A stretch of DNA of 54,252 nt, the filler included, from Dimargaris cristalligena (lineage: Eukaryota), in the NCBI GenBank assembly GCA_003614675.1. It is 3 parts of 3 records of this genome, joined end to end, with 100 filler letters (N's around TTAATTAATTAA, not from the genome) between each part and the next. Parts side by side here need not be neighbours in the genome. Positions count along the whole stretch, not along the records: positions 1 to 18,033 come from ML002777.1; 2 more parts are not named here. One strand, given 5' to 3'. Position 1 is the stretch's first letter. Every line of letters starts with the position of its first letter. Positions 1 to 11,044 of the stretch are shown here, in pieces. The notes beneath the pieces were generated by a model that saw only the letters and a program-made list of their open reading frames with translations, did no database searches and was not told where the DNA came from. The translations under genes and the position numbers were made by a program.

Positions 1-1058
1 TGGAAGGCACTAAGATCGCCTACGAGTGATTAGTGCGAACTCCGGGAGGCCCGGCCAGTAAGGGGATATCAATGATGCTCGGCCTTATTAGGGCCGGGGG
101 GTACAATATGGCGCTATACAGCCTGATATGATGGTGGTCATATCGGTTGGATTAGGATGGATTAGGAGGGGCGACAGGCTAGTAATAAGTTAATTAGTCT
201 GTTATTCCATTTATAATATAATGCTGCTGTGGCAATATGGATAATGGTGGGGCTATGGGTGGATGCCTTTGCCTATGTCAATGGAAATTATTGAACTAGT
301 TTACTGAAACAGCTACACTAGTATCTAAAATACCAGGTTAAATTGTATATTCCAGCTAGGGTGTGGTATCTTTGGGGTTTTCTCAGTTGGGGATACTTTT
401 GATTAGTAGGGTTCAAAATTAGGTGTCCGGAACTGCAAACTTTCTATACACCAACTACAAATATCTTCTTTCTGACTTTTTGATGTAAAAGAGTTGGTTT
501 TATATATATCCATATATACTGTGGTGGTTTTCTTTAGATAAAGGCTGTGGCAGACTGATTTATTGTACAGAATGTGGCCCAGAGGGGTACCTCTCTATTA
601 TCTAATATATTCTGGTAATTTAACTGACATGGTTACTTTACATATAATTTCCATGGTCAACCAGTGTATACCATGGAATGTACAGTATACTGCCAATAGC
701 CTCGCTCCAACTGGTGGTCACTGTTTTCGAGAGTTGCCATCTAATTTTGTCAATGGAAAATTACTCAATGGTGGCCCTTTGTCTTTTGGTATATAAGGCG
801 GAATTATTGCTGTTGTATATCAAAAAGCACCATTGACTTTACCATACATATCACAATCGGAACCCTATTCAGCTGAACTGAATTTCTCCCGTATAGATGT
901 AGCCAGCTATTGAAATAATATGTCTTTGTTTATAAATAAATGCTTTGCCTGGGACTGATTAGTGTAAATAATATTTAAAGGAAATTACATCAAAGTTGAA
1001 TTGGATATCCCCACTGAGCTAAGGCATTTTATTTCTACAAAGATTGGGTGAATACAGG

Positions 1059-2237
1059 TTAAATACAGTCATCATCAATATACTCTACAGTCGACCGGGC
1101 CTGGGGTTGGTGACTCCAACGGTGGCGCCGGGGAGTATAAATTGGCGAGCGACGCTTAATTACAGCACTTAGGACACCTGCCAAAATCCGGTCTACCGGA
1201 TTCCCAGCTCCCTGGTTATCATTAGAGTCCTCGGCAGGGGCCTCATCGGTCTGCCCTGACCCGGGCGCTTCGTCCGCTTCCACAGGCGACTGATCCTGAT
1301 CAATGGCTGCTAGGTCCGCATCGGCCAAACTGACGCCAGTTTCCGACTGGGGTTGGTCGGCGGTAGGAGCACCCGCGTCCGCCATCACCGGTTCGTCGGG
1401 GCTATCGGTCAAGTCTACTTCTTCCGTTGGACCGACCATATCCGCCAGTTCCTGCGGGGGAAGCGGCACTTCCGGATTCTCTGGGCGGTTAGCGGCTACT
1501 GTAACGCGCGGCCGGGTAGAAGTTAAAGGACGGGGCGAGACAGTGGTAACGGGCTGGGCATTCTGCATGGCCATCATAGCGACTGGCTCATTACTATCGG
1601 GGCTGGGCCGCGAGGAGGCACTTTGACCGTGGGGCTCGGCACTGGCCATCTCCCGCTGATAGCGGGCCTGCAGCATGTGGTCAACGTCGACCATAGTAGG
1701 GCAGACCGGAACCGCCAATTGCTGGTCGGCCACATCCCCGTTACTATTGGCTGAAGCGGAATTCGAACCGATGGGCATCGATTGAATTTGCTGGCGCAGC
1801 TGTTGGTCCCGCTGCTTCTGCGTGGCAAAAACCTGGGTCCAGTAATCGTCTTTCCGAGCCGCACCAAAATGGGTAAAAGCGGGGTTCATCATGTTGGCCC
1901 GATGTTCGGGCGATTTCATCCAACCTTCAATGACTTTCCCTTCGTCCGGGTAGCCTTCGGCCACGTTTTCGGCCACCCCGGACCAGTTGAATCCGCTGGA
2001 GTCCACGCGCTCGCCCACGTCGCCGTCATCGTCGTCGTGGGTCATGGCGCCCACACGTGATTGGTACCGGGAATGGCCGGCAGCGACGTCCATCAGTTGA
2101 TCACTTAAGGCGAGGGGCTGGATGCCGCGGGCCTGTCGTTCCAGGTTCATGAGGCAGGCCATCTTAAGGAAATCCACCTTTTTGGCACTGACGCCGGCGG
2201 TGGCCACTATAAGACCGAGGATAAACAAGGCGCGCAT
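1059..2237 (-). CDS. Secreted CAP/SCP (PR-1/antigen 5-like) domain protein with a long acidic Pro/Ala-rich tail
   Basis: Intronless 392-aa ORF. Hydrophobic N-terminus MRALFILGLIVATAGVSA is signal-peptide-like. CAP motifs: NLERQARGIQPL, AAGHS, AENVAEG, WMKSPEHRANMMNPAFTHFGAA, YWTQVF. Confidence 0.88.
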   Translation of the reverse strand: MRALFILGLIVATAGVSAKKVDFLKMACLMNLERQARGIQPLALSDQLMDVAAGHSRYQSRVGAMTHDDDDGDVGERVDSSGFNWSGVAENVAEGYPDEGKVIEGWMKSPEHRANMMNPAFTHFGAARKDDYWTQVFATQKQRDQQLRQQIQSMPIGSNSASANSNGDVADQQLAVPVCPTMVDVDHMLQARYQREMASAEPHGQSASSRPSPDSNEPVAMMAMQNAQPVTTVSPRPLTSTRPRVTVAANRPENPEVPLPPQELADMVGPTEEVDLTDSPDEPVMADAGAPTADQPQSETGVSLADADLAAIDQDQSPVEADEAPGSGQTDEAPAEDSNDNQGAGNPVDRILAGVLSAVIKRRSPIYTPRRHRWSHQPQARSTVEYIDDDCI

Positions 2238-4545
2238 GACTCTTAAGTAAATTGGAAGGAAATGTTAATTGAGGCGATTCGTGGGGCTCGTAAGGATATG
2301 GCCTTACTTAAAGGGGAATTATATTAATGAAGCTAATACCGATGATTACATAAAAACAGATGTGTATGGATCAATGACCTTGAGCGGGCGTTTAATTATT
2401 TATAGCCAAACACCTTCTGAAGGATATTCCAGCTTTGAGAATCGACTCCGCATCTGGCTAAGTCAATGGTACATTCCGGGTCGGAACCATTTCGTGTTTT
2501 CCTTAGACTCTCGACGTGCTAGTGAGGCCAATGATATCATCCATTTGACACGTAAACTGATTGCATAGATGGGTGGTCAAATCCACGCTCACTCGCGGAC
2601 ACAATGTCCCTTAATTCAATGGCACCCGTGTCTGATTGAATGGAGTTCTCCTAAATCACTCTGACCTGGCTTACTGCTCACACTAGCCCCTTTGAACCCC
2701 TAATTCCGGACGCAATGATGGTACTGATTCCTACATGTTTAGCCATTCCGATGGAGTAAAAATTCGGGCGATTAAATTGGACTATGGCCCTGAATCATCA
2801 TAACCTAGCGGCTAATACAGGGGTGCGACTATGACGCTTTTATTCGAACGCGATCAAAAGGAAATGAATGTATGAACATCGGTGATGCCGATGGCAGTTC
2901 GCGATAATCAGGGACAAACTACAGTAAGGAGAATTGCTGACCCCTTAAATGACGAGGCAATGACTGTCGCAAGTTAGCCCTTCTTAAAGGACAATGCACA
3001 TTAACACTACCCGGTCTTGAATAGCGGGATTCTAATATAATTAAATTTACGGTCAATATCACACATTGGATGACAATGCTTTTACGTGACACGCATGCCA
3101 ATGAATGGAACCTCGATTAAACTGATCGAATACCACAGACGAGATACGCGGGGACATGCCTACAACCTAGTCAAAAAAGGCACGACAGATATTCGCCTCC
3201 AACATGCGTGAGTTTGAATAAAATGTTAAGAGGGTATACTTGATTACTAACGAGATTCTACTTGGCAAATGTAATTTTTAAACGTAATAGGTATATACAT
3301 ACGTGTAACAAGTAGAATAGTGTTGGTATTATAGAAGTTGATATTCAGCCTAACCCATAGATCCCCAAACAAACCATGACCAACAGCGCTCGTCAACTCG
3401 GATTTATGCCCCTATCAATCGAGGCCTGGTATTCACATTTTTACGTCTAATTATGCCACAGCAACCCTTTATTACCAGCCCTTCGAACCCAAAAATCCTT
3501 CAAGGCGTCTATTGAAAATATAAAAATTGGACTACGAAGGAGCGCACGTTAAATACCTGTGTTTTGGCGGGATAAAGCGTACACGTAGCTTATACGCAGT
3601 AGGCTAAATATACATGGGGCATACCATTCAAATGGAGGCACTTAGGGCTGAAGTACGAATGTCAAATACCAATAGCGGGGTACTTTGCAGCTCTAAGGGA
3701 CGATATTACCAAGAGATTCCTGCCCAATTATCCATACTAACGCCGGTATCCAGTTATGTGTAACACGTGGTCCATACTAGGGCAGTTAGGCCACAATATC
3801 CCCAACACTTTTACCCAAACAAGTAAGCGTCGCTTCACCCGTGCCGCGAGTTGATCTCAAATGGCGAATCTGTGGTTTCGGGGCACCCTTATGACTAGGC
3901 ATGCGATATATCCGCGGCCAAAATCAAGAATAAGGGCTGGTGCCCTTCGACAATCACCCCATACATTTCTATACACCTATTTGGATTACAAGGTAGCGGG
4001 TATCAACATGGATTCATTAATATGACCAGTGTAATTGGTGTGGTTTGTTGTTGGGCTATTTCGTTGGAAGGTCTCTACAGTGGTGCCCCACTGCAATCCC
4101 AAGTCGAGTAACCGCAGTTGCCGCTATGGTAGATATTAGAATCAGGCGGAATAACGGGGTCGGCGGTAACCCATGAATTAATGGGGAGAGGTTGTACTGC
4201 CGGGGCGACTCGGCTGGATTTGGTAGTTGATATGGCCAAATTTCCAACCAGGGCTGCCTGCTAAAGCGAAGCAGCGCCGGTTGATCACGGGACGCTTAAC
4301 CTGTGGGTGACACCCCCATCCGTCCCACGTCACTGCGGCTACCAACCAGCGCAGACAACCTCCGAACCACTCCGCCCCAACCTGTCATTATGATGCCGCA
4401 CCCTTACCGCAACTATACTACTTAAGACCCCCCACTTGCCCCCCTACCCTACCCATCACCTTACCTTGCCTTATTCCATTCCACACCCTTTAAAACTTTC
4501 CAATTTACTCTACTCTATACCCCTCCCTCCACCCCCAACACACAA

Positions 4546-4753
4546 GTAAGTGAAACCTACTCGGCCCTTTCCATAAAACCTTGCTTTGACCTCCCATCTG
4601 AGGCCCTATTAGAACCGGTCCGCCCGTTTCACCTCGGCGGGATACAAGAACTGGCTCAGCATTCTTCTTAACCCTCCCCTCCCCTGATTCGACAACCTCT
4701 AATTCCCCCATTCACTGTTACCTAACTCTACCCAACTCTCGCAAACCACTCAG
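4546..4753 (+). other. Probable 5'-UTR intron of TPI1
   Basis: GTAAGT donor at 4546 after a CT-rich leader, CCTAAC branch point at 4721, CAG acceptor at 4751-4753 (alternative at 4760-4762) just before the ATG at 4768. Confidence 0.6.
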
Positions 4754-4767
4754 CCCCATCAGCAACC

Positions 4768-6148
<1,381 letters not shown>

Positions 6149-7278
6149 ATGTAGTTGTTGTAGTTGTGGGGTTCTTATTAAAGAATTAGGTGCTATAAAC
6201 AGCTGCCGTATCTGGACCCGCAGTTTTCACGCGTCGGTTTTATCATTTCGAAACAATATTTCAAAATACTTATAATATCAGTTTCTGGACCTGCCAGTCG
6301 TCCTCTTTTTACTTAACCTGCCTTGGTACTCCAATCTTTTTCCTGACATCTTTTAACTGGACACTGCGAAGAATAAACCCTTTAAACTTGTACATTACTA
6401 ATCGCTCCCTTGGGAAGCGATGAAACTTTCCTCAGTGTACCTGGACCAGTTGTTTTTCACTGTGCGGAGTGGGTTTAAGCGTAGAACTTTTACAATGTAA
6501 AATCCACCCCCCTATATCAGGGTTTACTAGTTCCAAATAATCTTCCCACTCATTTTTCCATTTTCCCATTATCACTACACACAAAACCCACTATTCCAGT
6601 TATTTTGGGCATCACCCATATACTGGATTTTACCATTACGATTGTTAACGATTCCTTTTCGTCAATGCACTTTTGCACTATTTCTCTATGTTTTGGGCAA
6701 CCTCCATTCCCCCACTTAACCTTCTCATTAAACACCTTGGCTATTTAGCATAAACATACTTTCTAGACTTTTTGGTGTGAACCATGGCACAACAGTCTAG
6801 GTAAGTGAGTGGGCCAACCATCCGTATAAATTCTCCAACTGCCCGCTGCGTTAACTTACCAGCCTGCCTACACGACCGTGATAGCTGAATACTAACCTTA
6901 TGGATAGTAGGCCCATTCAGATGATTCGACCTAACATTCTGGACCAGCTTATGGAGACGTAAATAGTACGAGCGTGTGCCTATGGTTTGGCGTGCTCTTC
7001 CTCCCCCCTCAGTATAATTCCTCCTCCAACAAAGGACACAGGCCTCGATAAATGTTTATATTGTTGAGGGATGGGGATACGCTTCTACCTGCTACTAACC
7101 GTTACTTACCCCCCCCCCTCCGTCCCCCATACTCATCTGCATTACCTTGAACACTGTACCGCATGTGTGCCCCGTTCTTTAACCGATGTCGGACCACTCA
7201 CTTTACCATGGCTACTAACCCTTCCGTACCAATTGGGCAACCAACCCAATTTCTCTATATTCATATACAATATCCTAA

Positions 7279-8820
7279 ATGGGGTGGCTATTTGACACCT
7301 ATTTAACATTGTATGCCTACCCACTATTCCATCTTTGTTTTTTGGCGGTATTGTTTCACCTATTTTATTCTTCTACTTCCTACTCTTTCAGCTTACCGGC
7401 AGTCAAGGAACGGAAAAAACGTCGTTGGGATGTGGTCGCCCCCGCTATTGAAAACCCGCCCTCTCCTAAAGTCGCCAAGACCAATGTACCGCCCGCGACC
7501 GAATCCTCGTACTCCCCGGCGGGAAATTCCCACCTGTCGGCCTTTGATAAGCTAATGGCCACATCACTGGACACTATTAAATCTGGCCCGGCTTTGGATT
7601 CCCCTAAGGCATCCAGCACTTTTTCAACAGCTGTTCAAAACCCAACAACTTTTGCCCCTCAACAACCTCCCCTGCCCCCTCCCCCTTCAACCGCATATGC
7701 GCACCAGTCTCCTCACCCACCCCCGGTGGCCTCTTCAGACACTGTGCCATCAACGAGGGATAATCGTCCAGCTTCTTCCGTTCAATCAACTGTCCCGCTT
7801 GAGCGCAGCCGCTATATCCAAGAGAAGGTGTTCATCGGCATTAACAAACCGGAGCGGGAATTCAATCTCAAGGGCCGTATCATGGGCCCTAATGGGGCGT
7901 TTATAAACCATATTCAAGACAAAACCAAGGCCAAAATTATTCTGCGTGGCCGAGGTTCCGGGTACATTGAGCCCACATCGGGGACGGAGGCCTTCGAGGC
8001 CATGTATCTATACATAACCTGCTATTCTCCGGAGGGGATTCGAACCGCCAAGGACCTGTGTACCGATTTGATTAAAACCGTTACCAAGGAATACGATGCT
8101 TTTCAAGCGGCTAAAAAGCAGAGCACGGGGGCCCTGGCCCAGGCCACTGCCCAACCACCCGCCAACCCTTACAACTACGGAGGCTACCCGCCACCACCCC
8201 CATCGGCATCCGCCTACCCACCTTACCCGTACCCACCGCCCACCTCGGCAACGGCAGGTTCGGGTGCGGCGAATCCGTATGGTTATGGTGGCTACGATTA
8301 CAGTTACGGCTACGGTTACGGCTACCCATACGGTGGATATCCACCGCCGCCACCACCACCACCACCGGGACATTCGACAACATTGGCCCCAAGTACCCCC
8401 GGCTCAGTTGCTGCCTCCACCCATGGAATGGCCTCGGCCTACTCCAATCCTTATTATTATCCATACGGCCCACCCGCGGTTGGCGCTAGTGACCCTGCAG
8501 TCGCCCCCTTGATTACCACCGGAATGGTTACACCCACGGCATCTACCGCTGCCACCACACCAGCGGGCTCTACTATAGCGGCTAGTGGTCAAGCCGCGGA
8601 TTCGGATTCGTCCGATTCCGACTCCGAACCCTCATCCACAGCTCACTCGGGCTCCCACTACCAGTCTCCCCAGGTCTCGTCTGCCTATTCTGCTGTTACT
8701 AACACCTCTGTCCCCAACCGGCTAACTGTTCGGCCCACGGCCCCTCCACCCCATTCTGCCATGGGCAAGGGAAAATATAGCTCGGTGCCACCTCCCAATT
8801 TTAAAGGGAAGCGGGTTTAG
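7279..8820 (+). CDS. KH-domain RNA-binding protein, KHDC4/BLOM7-like, with a Pro/Tyr/Gly-rich tail; true 5' end unresolved
   Basis: KRRWD motif, then FNLKGRIMGPNGAFINHIQDKTKAKIILRGRGSGYIEPTSGTEAFEAMYLYI (SF1/KHDC4-type KH). The ORF's first ~40 codons look like pyrimidine-rich intron sequence. Likely start is the ATG at 7208. Confidence 0.8.
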   Translation: MGWLFDTYLTLYAYPLFHLCFLAVLFHLFYSSTSYSFSLPAVKERKKRRWDVVAPAIENPPSPKVAKTNVPPATESSYSPAGNSHLSAFDKLMATSLDTIKSGPALDSPKASSTFSTAVQNPTTFAPQQPPLPPPPSTAYAHQSPHPPPVASSDTVPSTRDNRPASSVQSTVPLERSRYIQEKVFIGINKPEREFNLKGRIMGPNGAFINHIQDKTKAKIILRGRGSGYIEPTSGTEAFEAMYLYITCYSPEGIRTAKDLCTDLIKTVTKEYDAFQAAKKQSTGALAQATAQPPANPYNYGGYPPPPPSASAYPPYPYPPPTSATAGSGAANPYGYGGYDYSYGYGYGYPYGGYPPPPPPPPPGHSTTLAPSTPGSVAASTHGMASAYSNPYYYPYGPPAVGASDPAVAPLITTGMVTPTASTAATTPAGSTIAASGQAADSDSSDSDSEPSSTAHSGSHYQSPQVSSAYSAVTNTSVPNRLTVRPTAPPPHSAMGKGKYSSVPPPNFKGKRV

Positions 8821-9384
8821 GTAAATGCCTGACGCAACTTGGACGTGAAATTATGGTTTGTAGATTCTGGTATAATCAATAAATGTTCAGGTGAGACATG
8901 CCCGAGGCGAGTCAGCCTACGACCTGGCCATCCGTGAATGTCGAACAACTATGTTGGTGGCTAAGAATAAATAAATAGTTGATATAACCGCAGATTCTCT
9001 CGACGATATTCAGAGATGGATTAAAAACGAAATTTATTTCAAGATAGATATAAAATGGAAAGAACCGCAAGATGAGAATTAAACACATCATAGTGATAAT
9101 CATTGGGTGCAGTTTTAACCAATAGGATTACTTGAAATACCCAATACCGTAAATGGAACTTGGAGGGAGATGCAGTTCAACAGGAGGTTGGTTAGAAGGA
9201 GGGGTCAGGGACTCTGTAGATTCCTTGGGCTTTTAACCAAGGGTGGGCCAGTATATTTAGGAGCTGGTCTCCATTAATAGCAAATCTAGTGATGATGCAT
9301 GATCTCCCAAACCACCATCGGGGTAGATATGGATGAAATTCAAACCAGCTGTATAAGGCTTTTCATAATACATGTATGGGCGAA

Positions 9385-9611
9385 CATATGGGAATTGTTC
9401 AACCAGGCTGTATAATGAAAAATCCATTTGATGAGGCAAGTATTACTGGTTGAAAATAATCATCCCGCTGAGTTTCCCATACACATATCGGTTAAAACCC
9501 TATACAACCAAGCTGAACTTCACCCATATGTGAGAATAGCTTTTAACCAGTAATATTGGCCTCATCCAATGGATTTTTCATTATACAGCCTGAATGAACT
9601 TCTCCCATATG
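9385..9611. repeat. Imperfect inverted repeat with ~70-bp arms (9385-9454 and 9541-9611); member of a dispersed repeat family
   Basis: catatgggaattgttcaaccaggctgtataatgaaaaatccatttgatgaggcaagtattactggttgaaa aligns to the reverse complement of ttttaaccagtaatattggcctcatccaatggatttttcattatacagcctgaatgaacttctcccatatg. Confidence 0.85.
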
Positions 9612-11044
9612 AAATCGCTGTTACGGCAAAGGGGATGCTGGGTCGGGCATGCACGATAGCCAAGTGAACACCACACCTTTGCCTAAAAATGGAAGACTAG
9701 GGCAGAGGATTCCCTATGGCTGGATCAGAAAGCCTGTTCTATATAAGGCTGCATCAGATAGAGACCAGATATATTCCGTGATTGACCCAGGTGACAGTCC
9801 CGCCACCTCAGATGAAGTAGAGTTTTATTTAAAGTGAATCTAAGGCAGGCAACCTTTTAGTCATAATTGCTATCCACAGGGAATATGATAATGGGTAATT
9901 TGGTCAAAAACCCTCAAAAGCTACAGATATAGAGGGAAAGGACAGGATCCCACCACCTCAAATAGCCCTGTTTGCCTGATGGGTGTGTGCCTTTTGGCTG
10001 TAGATTAGCTGCTGGCCATCACGACATTATACAACCTCCGACTTTACCTACAACACCATGCTTATTATGTTACAATCACTCATGTTGGAATGGGGTTACT
10101 CCTGTGGGCAGGATCATTACTTATACGGCAGTGCAATGATAGTCGCCAATGGCCTGATGCTACGCAAATACACATCATTTCGCCGTTCGATTTGAATGAC
10201 AGGACAGCTGCAACTTGAAAACCGACAAAGGGGTTTTAAATGTGGTTAGTAAATCAAGGGAACCAATTCAGCTTATAGTGCACTCTAGTATTTCCGACCA
10301 TCTGATATGTGCAATAATTTACCGCCAATAATTGGTGGGGCGACTTGCATCCACGTGTTCCCATGAAGGAGAGGGTTAATATTTACGAATGACTGGATAC
10401 TGGATAAACGACAGTTATACTAAATAGTCGGATTTAATAGAACTTATACTATGGAATAAAACCCGACGATACTATTAGAAATGCAGTTCATTTTTCAAAG
10501 CATTTCCACTAAAATCCAGCCTGTAATTATACGCAAAATTCAGCGGACAAGCTTCGTTGGCATTTTTCCATGTACAATAGCAGGGAATGCTAATCCATAC
10601 TAGCACAGTGCAACCATTTTGGTTGGTGAGAGAAGGAAACGCCGCCTAAAAAATATTATAGCCATTTCCCTGCCTCTTTTTTTTCATCGTCCTCGACTTG
10701 CACACCTGGTTTCCCCGGCCCGAGCAATACACACACCCTATTCCCCCCCATGCCTAGCTTGATTACTCGAGCAGAGCACCTCTCTCTATACCTATTTCTC
10801 TGGATTTTTTTTAAATGGCCCTTCTCCTGTAGGAAGTTCTTCCGCCGCTAGCCACTACTACTCGTGTTCTCTTGCTTTCTCATTCATATTTTTTTCACTC
10901 TACTATTTACTATTCCTGCATTCCCCAAGTGGACATTACTTGGCCGTATTTCCCTCTTCTCCAGGCCCACGATTGCATAGTATCCCAAGTTCGGCTCGTA
11001 TTGATATACGCCGGTTAGCATTGTATCCCCCCGCCTTCTTCACC

